Shown in pieces: positions 1-9,336 of a stretch of 64,000 nt of DNA. A program made the position numbers and the translations under genes. The stretch spans positions 65,241 to 129,240 of the forward strand of contig HF996868.1 in the NCBI GenBank assembly GCA_000432595.1. The letters run 5' to 3'. The notes beneath the pieces are model-generated. The model was not told the origin of the DNA. It was given only the letters and a program-made list of their open reading frames with translations, and did not search any database. Numbering within the stretch: the stretch's first letter is position 1; every line of letters begins with the position of its first letter. Source of the stretch: Clostridium sp. CAG:710 (GTDB lineage Bacteria > Bacillota_I > Bacilli_A > RF39 > UBA660).

Positions 1-259
1 GAAATGTTGATACTTGTGCTTTTTTTGATATTTCACCTATCATTGAAAGTAATCTCTCGCTCATTTCTTTAGCTGCTTTATTAGTAAATGTTATTGCCAA
101 AATATTATATGGATTTACTCCTAAGTTTTCTATTAAGTATGCTACTTTTGTTGTTAGTACTCTTGTTTTCCCACTTCCTGCGCCTGCAAGAATTAAAAGT
201 GGTCCACTGCATGATAAAACCGCTTTTTGTTGTTCTTTATTTAAATCATCTATTTTCAT
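1..259 (-). CDS. pcrA: UvrD/PcrA-family ATP-dependent DNA helicase, N-terminal ~86 codons only (gene runs off left edge)
   Basis: Reverse-complement translation from ATG 259-257 reads [66 protein letters not shown]. This carries the Walker A AGAGSGKT and motif Ia of SF1 helicases. A GAGG RBS lies in the 11-nt gap after the Fic stop. The gene is absent from the ORF track because it is truncated. Confidence 0.85.
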   Translation of the reverse strand, partial: MKIDDLNKEQQKAVLSCSGPLLILAGAGSGKTRVLTTKVAYLIENLGVNPYNILAITFTNKAAKEMSERLLSMIGEISKKAQVSTF

Positions 260-270
260 AATTACCTCAC

Positions 271-891
271 TTATTTAGTATTCTTTTTTTCTTTTTCTAA
301 TGGTACTAGTCCTTTTGAAAATTCTAGTTCTAACATGCTTGGAAAAAAGTATCTATATGCGGTACCTTTTAACATATTTTCTTTATCGACTTTTGTATAA
401 TCAAGTTCTACTTCAAAAGGAAGAGTCTTATTTTTTAATAGTACTACTTCTCTTAAAAATTCTCTTATACTTCTCCCATTACCTTCTCTAAATGGATGAA
501 CTCTTATTAAATCATAATAAAATGGTGCAAGTACAAATGCATACTCATCTTTTGTTTGCACCCTATCTATTTCATTTGAATATCTTTCTATTACACTTTT
601 TAATTCTTCCTCTATTAAACTTGGATCTGTAAAATTATATGTATTTTTTCTTAATGTACAAGTTCTATACTGACCTGCCCATGAATATAAATCGGAAAAT
701 AGAAATCGGTGTATATCTTTTAAGCCTTCAGCACTCGGAACAGTTAGTATTGGATTTAGATGCAAAAATGCAAGGTGTGGAAGAACTAATTCTTTTTCTT
801 TTTGCTCAAGGGTTTCTTTGTCAGTTATGCCTAGTTTATTTTTTAATACATTAGTTCCCTCTATTATGTATTTGTCCCAATTGTTGTCCAT
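271..891 (-). CDS. Fic-domain protein (AMPylase-type toxin, class I VbhT/FicT-like)
   Basis: 206 aa with the canonical Fic loop [12 protein letters not shown] (HxFx[DE]GNGRxxR). The N-terminus [15 protein letters not shown] is typical of VbhT/FicT-like proteins. A GGGGG RBS lies about 8 nt before ATG 891. Confidence 0.9.
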   Translation of the reverse strand: MDNNWDKYIIEGTNVLKNKLGITDKETLEQKEKELVLPHLAFLHLNPILTVPSAEGLKDIHRFLFSDLYSWAGQYRTCTLRKNTYNFTDPSLIEEELKSVIERYSNEIDRVQTKDEYAFVLAPFYYDLIRVHPFREGNGRSIREFLREVVLLKNKTLPFEVELDYTKVDKENMLKGTAYRYFFPSMLELEFSKGLVPLEKEKKNTK

Positions 892-1039
892 TAATATTAC
901 CCCCTAAATTAAATTGTTTTATTAATCTTTTTTTTGTATCATCTATATTATCTTTTGTTAATTTAACATCATCTTCCATTTCAATATTAGCTTTTGACAT
1001 TTCTATTGCTCTTTCTATCATCTCATTAGTTATATTCAT
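851..1039 (-). CDS. Small VbhA-like putative Fic antitoxin (62 aa)
   Basis: It lies immediately upstream of the Fic gene and overlaps it by 41 nt. The segment ERAIEMSKANIEMEDD resembles the VbhA inhibitory helix (ALASQRLEGLE), but the Ser-Glu spacing is one residue longer and Met replaces Gly/Asn. Confidence 0.5.
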   Translation of the reverse strand: MNITNEMIERAIEMSKANIEMEDDVKLTKDNIDDTKKRLIKQFNLGGNINGQQLGQIHNRGN

Positions 1040-1118
1040 TTTACCACCACACTACTATTATATTTTACCATATATGAGATTTTTTTTGTAGTTATTTCAT
1101 ATAATTATTCATAAGGAG

Positions 1119-1826
1119 ATGATAGTTTTGCCAAATATAATTGCTTATGGTGGTATGCCTTCTAAGAATTCCCCTAGTTTTTCTGAAGAAAGTTTTTTAC
1201 TAGCAGACAAAGCTAAATTTATTGATGGTATTATGGTTGATGCATATCTAACTAGTGATAATAAGGTTGTTTTGTCTGATGAATATTTATTAATGAATAT
1301 GGGGATTGATAAGGAATATATAAATTGTGCTTCATATAATGATATTTTATCTATTAATAGTGGTTCTAAAATAAAAAGAAATCATTTAGTTTTACTGGAT
1401 AAATTAAATGAATATTGTAATCCTGATACTATAGTATTAATAAATATAATTGGATGTGGTTATAAAAATAATGACGTTGTTAATTATATTAAGAATTTTG
1501 TTAGTAAGTCTAATATGAATATTTATCTTTATTCTAAGTCAAAAGATATCACAGAGGCTTTATTAGAATCTGATATTAATGCGAAAATCGGGGTTAAGGT
1601 TACTAACAAAGCTAGTTGGAATTATTCTTTTGATTTTTATGTGGTTGACATGTTTTGGGTTAATCAAGAAGAGATAGCAAAAAAATTAAGTGATGGATGT
1701 GAAATATTTATTGGGATAATCAATAATAGTGATGAAGTTAATAAGTTAAAAGTAGAATTAGGTAGTTCATTTTCTAAGTGTTACTTAGTTAGTAAAAGTC
1801 CAAGCGTAATTAAAAATTACCTTTAG
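1119..1826 (+). CDS. Glycerophosphodiester-phosphodiesterase-like protein with degenerate catalytic residues
   Basis: The N-terminus IIAYGG...SEESFLLA...DGIMVDAYLTSDNKVVLSDE parallels the GDPD pattern IAHRG..PENT..A...GAD.IE.DV..T.DG..VV.HD, but both His positions are replaced (Y, S). The likelier start is TTG 1128, 9 nt after the AAGGAG RBS. Confidence 0.45.
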   Translation: MIVLPNIIAYGGMPSKNSPSFSEESFLLADKAKFIDGIMVDAYLTSDNKVVLSDEYLLMNMGIDKEYINCASYNDILSINSGSKIKRNHLVLLDKLNEYCNPDTIVLINIIGCGYKNNDVVNYIKNFVSKSNMNIYLYSKSKDITEALLESDINAKIGVKVTNKASWNYSFDFYVVDMFWVNQEEIAKKLSDGCEIFIGIINNSDEVNKLKVELGSSFSKCYLVSKSPSVIKNYL

Positions 1827-1838
1827 GGCTTTTCTTTT

Positions 1839-1867
1839 TTCACACAAGATAAGTCTTTGCGTATAAT
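1839..1867 (+). promoter_or_regulatory. Sigma-A-type promoter for the ABC transporter operon
   Basis: TTCACA (1839-1844), a 17-nt spacer, then TATAAT (1862-1867), about 30 nt upstream of the GAGGAGG RBS and ATG 1898. Confidence 0.6.
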
Positions 1868-1897
1868 AAAATGTAATTATTATACGAGGAGGTTATT

Positions 1898-2884
1898 ATG
1901 AAAAAAAGAATAATTACCATTATTGCAATTTTGGGATTATTTATTTTAGTTTGCGCTGTTATTTTTGATTTTAATTCAAAAAATAGTAAACTTACTAAGA
2001 TAAAAGTTGCTGAAGTTGCACACAGTATTTTCTATGCACCACAATATGCAGCAATTAGTGAAGGATATTTTGAAGATGAAGGATTAGATATAGATTTAAC
2101 TTTAACTCCAGGTGCTGATAAAGTTACTGCTGCGGTACTTTCAGGTGATGTTGATATTGGATTCTCTGGAAGTGAGGCAACAATCTATGTATATAATGGC
2201 GGAGAAAAGGACTATTTAAAAACTTTTGCACAATTAACTCAAAAAGATGGAAGTTTCTTGGTTTCTAGAGAAAAAATAGACAACTTTAAACTTGATGATT
2301 TAAAAGGCAAAAAGGTAATAGGAGGAAGAGCTGGCGGTATGCCTGAAATGACATTTGAATGGGCATTAAGAGGTGCTGGCATAAATCCTAAAACTGACTT
2401 AACAATTGATACTAGTATTGCATTTGCGGCAATGGGTGGTTCATTTATTGGAGGCAATGGTGATTTTGTTACTTTATTTGAACCTACTGCACTTGAAATA
2501 GAGCAACAAGGATATGGATATGTTGTTGCATCTATTGGTGAATTAGGTGGAGTTGTACCTTATACTTCTTATAGTGCTAAAATCAGTTACATTAATAGTC
2601 ATAAAGACATAATTGAAAAATTTACTAATGCTGTTCAGAAGGGACTTGATTTTGTTCATAAAAATGATAGTGAAACGATTGCTAAATCTATCTTGGAGTT
2701 TTTCCCTGACACTTCTTTAAAGGATTTAACTAAGGTAATAGAAAGATATAAAAAACAAGATACTTGGCCTAAGGCAACTAATTTTACTAAGGAGTCATTT
2801 GATCATTTACAAGAGATTATGATTGCATCTGGTGAATTAGAAAAAATGGTTGAATATAGTGACTTAATATATAGTAATGACTAA
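1898..2884 (+). CDS. ABC transporter substrate-binding protein, NMT1/THI5-like (NitT/TauT family)
   Basis: 328 aa with an N-terminal membrane anchor. The KIKVAEVAHSIFYAPQYAA start and overall layout are typical of SsuA/NMT1-like binding proteins. The cognate ATPase and permease follow. Confidence 0.8.
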   Translation: MKKRIITIIAILGLFILVCAVIFDFNSKNSKLTKIKVAEVAHSIFYAPQYAAISEGYFEDEGLDIDLTLTPGADKVTAAVLSGDVDIGFSGSEATIYVYNGGEKDYLKTFAQLTQKDGSFLVSREKIDNFKLDDLKGKKVIGGRAGGMPEMTFEWALRGAGINPKTDLTIDTSIAFAAMGGSFIGGNGDFVTLFEPTALEIEQQGYGYVVASIGELGGVVPYTSYSAKISYINSHKDIIEKFTNAVQKGLDFVHKNDSETIAKSILEFFPDTSLKDLTKVIERYKKQDTWPKATNFTKESFDHLQEIMIASGELEKMVEYSDLIYSND

Positions 2885-3635
2885 TGTAAGTAATAAAATT
2901 TTAGAAATTAGTAATTTGAAAAAAATTTATCACGATAAAAATAGTGAAATAACTGCGATAGATAATATTAGTCTATTTATTAAAGACAAAGAATTTGTTT
3001 CTATTGTTGGACCTTCTGGTTGTGGTAAATCAACTTTATTATCAATCCTATCGGGTCTAGAGGAAAAATCAGGTGGGGATATATTATTAGATAAGAACCT
3101 AAAGGTTGGTTATATGCTTCAAAAGGATTCCTTATTTCCTTGGAGAACGATACTTGAGAATTGTCTTGTTGGATTAGAGGTTACAAATACTTTAAATGAT
3201 ACTTCTAAAAAAAGAGTTATAAGACTTCTAGAGACATATGGGTTAAAGGATTTTATGAATAAATATCCAGATTCGCTTTCTGGGGGAATGAGACAAAGAG
3301 TTGCTTTAATTAGAACACTTGCGACTGATCCTGATATACTTTTCCTTGATGAACCATTTTCGGCTTTAGATTATGTGACTAGACTTGCACTCTCTGATGA
3401 TTTATACAGAATTATCAAAAATGAGGGAAAAACCGCTATTATGGTTACTCATGACCTTGCAGAAGCAATTAGTCTTTCAAATAGAATTGTTGTATTATCA
3501 AAAAGACCTGCTAGAGTTAAATGCATATATGACATAAAATTAACAGATAGTTCTACTCCTATAAATAATAGAAAATGTAAGGAATTTAATTACTATTATG
3601 ATAAGATTTGGAGGGACCTAGATGTACACTTATAG
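2877..3635 (+). CDS. ABC transporter ATP-binding protein (NitT/TauT family)
   Basis: Walker A GPSGCGKST, signature LSGGMRQRV and Walker B LFLDEPFSALD. It overlaps the upstream gene by 8 nt. Confidence 0.93.
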   Translation: MTNVSNKILEISNLKKIYHDKNSEITAIDNISLFIKDKEFVSIVGPSGCGKSTLLSILSGLEEKSGGDILLDKNLKVGYMLQKDSLFPWRTILENCLVGLEVTNTLNDTSKKRVIRLLETYGLKDFMNKYPDSLSGGMRQRVALIRTLATDPDILFLDEPFSALDYVTRLALSDDLYRIIKNEGKTAIMVTHDLAEAISLSNRIVVLSKRPARVKCIYDIKLTDSSTPINNRKCKEFNYYYDKIWRDLDVHL

Positions 3636-4416
3636 TGAGGAACACTTACTATTTCTAAAGAAAAGAAAAAGAAAAAAATTGTTTGTTTTATTCTTCCAAG
3701 TTTTAATAATAATTTCATTTCTGGTTGCATGGGAAATACTAGCTCGTAAAAATATAATTAATACTTTCTTATTTTCTTCTCCATCTAATGTTTATAAATG
3801 TCTTATGGATTTATACCATAAAAATGGTTTATTTAATCATATTTGGATTACTACTTATGAAACACTTATTAGCTTTGCGTTAGCAAATGTAATTGGAATA
3901 GTTGTTGGCTCTATACTATGGTGGAATGATACACTTGCTAAGGTAGTTGATCCCTATCTTACTGTTATTAATTCACTGCCTAAAGTAGCCTTGGGCCCTT
4001 TAATTATTATTTGGGTAGGTGCCGGAATTAATTCAATAATATTTATGGCACTTATGATTAGCTCAATAATTAGTATAATTAATATTTATAGTAGTTTTGT
4101 TAACACAGATAGCTCATTTATAACACTTATGAAATCATTTAAAGCTAGTAAATGGCAAATATATAAGAAGGTTATAATTCCTAGTAATTTGCTTAATATA
4201 ATAAATAATTTTAAAATAAATATAAGTATGTCTTTAATTGGCGTTATAATGGGTGAATTATTGGTTTCAAAAGAAGGACTTGGTTACCTTATTATGTATG
4301 GTTCGCAAATTTTTAATATAAAGCTTGTTATTGCATCTGTTGTTATTTTAGGAATATTATCTTACTTTATGTATTATATAATCCACTTGATTGAAAAGAA
4401 ACTAGAAAAAAAATAA
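3622..4416 (+). CDS. ABC transporter permease (NitT/TauT family)
   Basis: 264 aa, polytopic and hydrophobic. It overlaps the ATPase gene by 14 nt and is the last gene before the terminator. Confidence 0.85.
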   Translation: MYTYSEEHLLFLKKRKRKKLFVLFFQVLIIISFLVAWEILARKNIINTFLFSSPSNVYKCLMDLYHKNGLFNHIWITTYETLISFALANVIGIVVGSILWWNDTLAKVVDPYLTVINSLPKVALGPLIIIWVGAGINSIIFMALMISSIISIINIYSSFVNTDSSFITLMKSFKASKWQIYKKVIIPSNLLNIINNFKINISMSLIGVIMGELLVSKEGLGYLIMYGSQIFNIKLVIASVVILGILSYFMYYIIHLIEKKLEKK

Positions 4417-4447
4417 ATTGAGGTTTTTTGAAAACCCCAATTTTTTT
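4417..4447. terminator. Bidirectional rho-independent terminator between convergent operons
   Basis: ATTGAGGTTTT-TTG-AAAACCCCAAT hairpin (one mismatch), flanked by an A-run on the left and TTTTTTT on the right. Confidence 0.75.
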
Positions 4448-5615
4448 ATTTTTTAACTTGTTCTTTTTCTAACTTTTTAGCATCATCTATTTGTTTTAGT
4501 CCTAAATTTATAAAGTATATTATTACTATCCATGCTGCTACTGTTAGCCCTACTCTAAATAGTTCAAATGGTGCTTGGATAGGTAAATCCCAAAACCAAT
4601 GTAATACTAATGGTATTATGCAAATTAATAGGAATCTCTTGTCATTTAAGTGCTTTTTATCTAATTTATCAAAGCCCTTTACATACATAAGTGCTCCACC
4701 TTCAATTGTTGCCCATGCAACATGCATACCAGGCGCTAGTAACCCACGAAATTTAATTACTTGTAACATTGTTTCTATTCCATTCTTCATACCATACCTT
4801 AATATATATCCTGCTGTTTCAAAGGCTCCAAATCCGGCACCTACTGCTGCACCTACAAGTAATCCATTTAATATATAATTACATTTTTTATTTCTAAATA
4901 AGAAAAATGCTATCACTACTATTTTTGCTACTTCTTCAACTAAACTTACAAAGAATGCACCTTCAAAATTTAACGTTGCAGTTTTTTGTTCAAGGAATGG
5001 TAATGAATAATACAATATTGCAACAAAAAGTGATGCTCCTCCACCTATTATGAAATATTTTAATACCTTGTGAAATGGTAAATTTCTAAACAAATTAATT
5101 TCAAAGAAGAAAACTAGCACGGTTACTGGTACTGCAAAAGCAGCTAAAATTATCATTGCTGGTAAGAAGTTGGAATTTCCATAGTATATATATCCAACAT
5201 AAGTAGGAATATATGCTATTAAGAAAAAAATTAACATCTTAAAATATACCCATGCACTTGCTTTCTTTGGATTTATATCTTTTATTTTGGGAGTAGTCTG
5301 CTCAGTTCCACATACAAACACTGAATCTATATCTTCATCTGTATGTTTTTTAAATGTATCTTTAAATAAATCTTTTACAGTTACATAATTTTCTGATTTT
5401 GCACCTGTTATTTTATCTAAGTTTTCTGTTATTAGATTGGTTGCTGTCTTTTTTTCTAGTGGAAAACCACATTCCGGACAATTTGTTTCATCACCTTTTA
5501 ATTTTTTTCCACATTCTGGACATTTTTTAAAGCTTAATTTCATTCCGCAATGTGGACAAGTCTTTGCACTTGATGATACTTCTTTGCCACATTCACTACA
5601 TTTTATTAGTGCCAT
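4446..5615 (-). CDS. PrsW-family intramembrane glutamic protease fused to two N-terminal zinc ribbons
   Basis: N-terminus: CSECG..x..CPHCG and CPECG..x..CPECG. The polytopic C-terminal domain carries PrsW motifs LVEEVAK (EExxK), GFGAFE, HVAWATIEG and HWFWD. Its start overlaps the upstream stop by 1 nt (TAATG). Confidence 0.8.
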   Translation of the reverse strand: MALIKCSECGKEVSSSAKTCPHCGMKLSFKKCPECGKKLKGDETNCPECGFPLEKKTATNLITENLDKITGAKSENYVTVKDLFKDTFKKHTDEDIDSVFVCGTEQTTPKIKDINPKKASAWVYFKMLIFFLIAYIPTYVGYIYYGNSNFLPAMIILAAFAVPVTVLVFFFEINLFRNLPFHKVLKYFIIGGGASLFVAILYYSLPFLEQKTATLNFEGAFFVSLVEEVAKIVVIAFFLFRNKKCNYILNGLLVGAAVGAGFGAFETAGYILRYGMKNGIETMLQVIKFRGLLAPGMHVAWATIEGGALMYVKGFDKLDKKHLNDKRFLLICIIPLVLHWFWDLPIQAPFELFRVGLTVAAWIVIIYFINLGLKQIDDAKKLEKEQVKK

Positions 5616-6346
5616 TAGTTACCTCCTTCTGTCAATGACGATATTATATTTGATGCTACATTATTAATAGCTTCTGAATTTTGATTTTCTTCCTTTGTTC
5701 CTACCATATATACTTTGTTATTAATTACAAATGCATATCTATTATCCACTACTAGATGGTTACTTGAGTAATAATTATAAGCTATTCCATAAACTGATTT
5801 TCCACCTATATTTCCACTTACTAAATCTATTGTTATTTGAACATTACCGTATTCTTCTCTTAATGCATCTGTAAACTTATTTAAAAATTGTACTGGATTA
5901 TTATAATTATTATATTTTGCAATTATTATATATGGAATAAGTGCTCCTTTATTATCAATGTTTTGACCTACATATATTGCACCATCTTGTTCAGCCACTT
6001 TATAACTACTAGGATAGTTAAAGAATATTCCTAGATTTTTGCTTGTATATGAAAGTATTCCGTTATTGTTTTGTGGTGTATTACTGTTTGGTGTTTGGTT
6101 TGTATCTTGGTTTGTGTTTTGATTAGTATTCTGATTAATATCTTTTTTATTACCTGTGTAAAGTAGTATTCCTACTATTATTACTCCAATTATTATTAAG
6201 TATTTTAAATTGTTATTATTTTTTGTGATATTTGTTATCTTTTTTATACTTTCTTCTTTTTTATTTAGTTCATATCCACACTTTGGACATGACTCACATT
6301 GATCACTTATCTTGTGTCCACATTCTGGACATTTTATTAATGCCAT
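5615..6346 (-). CDS. Zinc-ribbon / single-pass membrane protein with NQNT-repeat linker and an extracellular domain of unknown function
   Basis: The preferred start is MALIKCPECGHK at 6346, with a GGAGGG RBS. It has a CPECG..CPKCG ribbon, one TM helix, the NQNTNQNTNQDTNQT low-complexity stretch, then a ~150-aa extracytoplasmic domain. The ORF-track start at 6400 would overlap the upstream gene. Confidence 0.75.
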   Translation of the reverse strand: MALIKCPECGHKISDQCESCPKCGYELNKKEESIKKITNITKNNNNLKYLIIIGVIIVGILLYTGNKKDINQNTNQNTNQDTNQTPNSNTPQNNNGILSYTSKNLGIFFNYPSSYKVAEQDGAIYVGQNIDNKGALIPYIIIAKYNNYNNPVQFLNKFTDALREEYGNVQITIDLVSGNIGGKSVYGIAYNYYSSNHLVVDNRYAFVINNKVYMVGTKEENQNSEAINNVASNIISSLTEGGN

Positions 6347-6356
6347 ATTCCCTCCT

Positions 6357-7451
6357 TTATTTTTCAATATATCCTGATACTTTATCTGCATACATCTCAT
6401 CAGTTATACTTTTATATTGATTACCTTTATAGTCGTCAGTAAATCCATTATATGCTTTATAAATCTCGTTTGTATCAGTATTATAAACTCTTTCATATCC
6501 TAGTGTTGCATCACTTTGTTTTTGACTCATAATATCATATGTTTTATTTCTATTTTCCCAAGCACTCATGTATGAATCAAATGCTTTTTGTATACTTGCA
6601 CTTAGTGCTAGAGCCTGTTTTGTTTGAGCGTTTCCATCATCTATTGTTTTTTTAACATAACTATCTGAGAATTCAATTGAGTTAATAGATTTAAGTAGAA
6701 TATCTTTATACTCTATAAATTTATCTTTAGCACTTGTTATGGCCATAATGTCATATATCATATAATATGAAAAATCTACTCCATCTTGATATTGATTACC
6801 AAAGTTTACTATTGATGCTAGAAACATACCCTCTGATTCTTTTGAGTCTTCATTTGTAAATGCTGCTCTTAAAACCTTGCTATTTATTGATACACTCTTC
6901 ATTGATGAAGTTGATTCTTGCTCATCAATTTTTTTAAAATCATTAAATTTTGGAAAAGTTATATTTGAATAGCCTGAGTCCACTTTCTTAATATAAGAAC
7001 CAACATCATTAAATTTCTTATAAAAACCTTCTGTTGTTGGACTATCTAATACGACAGCTTCTGTATAAACTCTATACTTACTATCTTTTCCACTTAAATT
7101 ATAGTAATTCTTCCAAAATTCTTTTGCTTTATTACTTTTTAATAATGGTTGGATTTTTGGCATTAAAAATATTTGATTTCTGGTATCATTAGGGTCAGTT
7201 ACTCTTATGGCATAATAAACTCCTGTACCCCCTGTTTCTACTTTCCAACCTTTTGGTTTTTTCATTGTTAGTACATCAGAATTATATTCCTCTAGTTCTA
7301 TTGTACTTGATTCTAGTTTTTTTATTTTTACTTCACCTTTATTAGTTTTAATAGTATTAGTATTCTTCTTTGGATATATAAATACTATTAAAATAATCGC
7401 AAGTAAAACAATTCCTAAATACACTAAGTTTTTTTTATCAAACTTTTTCAA
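6357..7451 (-). CDS. Membrane-anchored extracytoplasmic protein of unknown function
   Basis: 364 aa with an N-terminal TM anchor LVYLGIVLLAIILIVFI. It is the first gene of the three-gene operon that ends in the PrsW-like protease. I recognise no motif. Confidence 0.7.
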   Translation of the reverse strand: MKKFDKKNLVYLGIVLLAIILIVFIYPKKNTNTIKTNKGEVKIKKLESSTIELEEYNSDVLTMKKPKGWKVETGGTGVYYAIRVTDPNDTRNQIFLMPKIQPLLKSNKAKEFWKNYYNLSGKDSKYRVYTEAVVLDSPTTEGFYKKFNDVGSYIKKVDSGYSNITFPKFNDFKKIDEQESTSSMKSVSINSKVLRAAFTNEDSKESEGMFLASIVNFGNQYQDGVDFSYYMIYDIMAITSAKDKFIEYKDILLKSINSIEFSDSYVKKTIDDGNAQTKQALALSASIQKAFDSYMSAWENRNKTYDIMSQKQSDATLGYERVYNTDTNEIYKAYNGFTDDYKGNQYKSITDEMYADKVSGYIEK

Positions 7452-7598
7452 ATAATATACACCTCTTTTATCTTCTATTTAATTATAGTTTATATACACC
7501 CATATAACAATTAACTTGTCAGTTAAAGCATTGCTTTTACTGGTAAGTTTTTTTGTATGAAATGATTTTTTGTTATATAATTGTTTTAGGGTGATATA

Positions 7599-9332
7599 AT
7601 GAGCTTTAATGAAAAACTAAATAAATATCTTAATGAGTTTAAAATTTCTTCTAAACAGCTATCTGATATTTCTGGTATATCTGAATCTGTAATTAGTAGA
7701 TACCGCAGTGGAAAGCGAATACCTAAAATAGATAGTGATAATTTTAATTCTATTGTTGATGCTTTCTTTAATATTTCTACTAAAACTGATAAAAGTTATA
7801 CAAAAGAACATATCCATAAAGACCTGTCTTTATCTATCACATCTTTAGATGATTTTGATTATGATTCCTTTAGTAAAAATCTAAACAATTTAATTTCCAT
7901 ACTTAATATTAATACAAAGGACATGTCCAAATATATCGTATTTGATGCATCACATATTTCTAGAATTAAAAATGGAAAAACAAAGCCTTCTGATCCAAAG
8001 GATTTTTCCACAAAAGTTGCTAATTATATAGTCTATAAGTATAATTCTCCTATATATAAAGACTTACTTTTAACTGTGCTAGACTCTACTGAAGATGAGA
8101 TAAACACCAGTGATAAATTATTTCATAAAATATATGATTACCTTGTTAGTAATTATCACACTAAGAATAAAAATTATATTAATGACTTTTTAACTAACTT
8201 AGACAAGTTTGATTTAAACGATTATATTAAGGCAATAAAATTTGATGAACTAAAAGTACCTTCCCTACCATTTTATATAGTTAAATCAAAAAATTATTAT
8301 GGTATTGAAGAAATGAAAAAGGGAGAACTCGATTTCTTTAAAGCTACTGTTTTATCAAAATCTATGGAAGATGTATTCATGTGTAGTGATATGCCTATGG
8401 AGGATATGGCAAAAGATTTAGATTTTGGGAAAAAATGGATGTTTGCGATTGCAATGTCACTAAAAAAAGGTCTTCATTTAAATATAATTCATAATTTAGA
8501 TAGATCTTTTAATGAAATGATGCTTGGACTTGAAAGTTGGATACCGATTTATATGACTGGTCAGATATCTCCGTATTATTTAAAAGAAGTTAAAAATAGT
8601 GTTTATAATCACTTAAATTACGTATCTGGTGCTGTAGCCCTTACTGGAGAATGTATTAAAGGATCTCATGATAAGGGAAAATATTATTTAACAAATAATA
8701 ATAAAGAACTGGTATATTATAAAGAAAAAGCGAGTCTTCTTTTAAATAAAGCTAATCCTCTTATGGAAGTCTACAAAGAGGATAATAAATCTGCATTTAA
8801 AGCATTTTTAATTAATGAAAGTGAGATTATTCTTGATAGAAAGAGAATATTTTCTTCTCTTCCGCTTTTCACTATTTCGGATGAGTTACTTATTAAAATA
8901 TTAAATGATAACAATATTTTTCAAGATGATATTAATACTATTATTGAATATAAGAAGGAAGAAAAAGAATACATGACTTCTATACTTACTAACAGTACTA
9001 TCACTGATGTTATTTATAAACCTACTATGGAAGAGTTTTTAGATGATTCTATTGCTTTATCAACTGAGAATATATTTTATGATAAAAAAATTAAATATAC
9101 ATATGAAGATTTTATTAAACATTTTGAGTTAACTATTCAGTATTCAAATATTAATAAAAATTATAAAGTTATAACTAATAGTTATAAAACGTTTAAAAAT
9201 ATTAACATAACTATGGTCGGAAAGCATCATGTTATATTATCAAAATCTGCTAACCCAATTATACATTTTGTTATTAAACATCCAAAACTTGTGGATGCAA
9301 TTGTTAACTTTAATCCACTTGTTATAGAGTAA
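7599..9332 (+). CDS. Large transcriptional regulator with two N-terminal XRE-type HTH modules
   Basis: 577 aa. HTH 1 is SSKQLSDISGISESVISRYRSGKRIP. HTH 2 is NTKDMSKYIVFDASHISRIKNGKTKP. The ~400-aa C-terminal region has no motif I recognise. Confidence 0.7.
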   Translation: MSFNEKLNKYLNEFKISSKQLSDISGISESVISRYRSGKRIPKIDSDNFNSIVDAFFNISTKTDKSYTKEHIHKDLSLSITSLDDFDYDSFSKNLNNLISILNINTKDMSKYIVFDASHISRIKNGKTKPSDPKDFSTKVANYIVYKYNSPIYKDLLLTVLDSTEDEINTSDKLFHKIYDYLVSNYHTKNKNYINDFLTNLDKFDLNDYIKAIKFDELKVPSLPFYIVKSKNYYGIEEMKKGELDFFKATVLSKSMEDVFMCSDMPMEDMAKDLDFGKKWMFAIAMSLKKGLHLNIIHNLDRSFNEMMLGLESWIPIYMTGQISPYYLKEVKNSVYNHLNYVSGAVALTGECIKGSHDKGKYYLTNNNKELVYYKEKASLLLNKANPLMEVYKEDNKSAFKAFLINESEIILDRKRIFSSLPLFTISDELLIKILNDNNIFQDDINTIIEYKKEEKEYMTSILTNSTITDVIYKPTMEEFLDDSIALSTENIFYDKKIKYTYEDFIKHFELTIQYSNINKNYKVITNSYKTFKNINITMVGKHHVILSKSANPIIHFVIKHPKLVDAIVNFNPLVIE

Positions 9333-9336
9333 AGTA

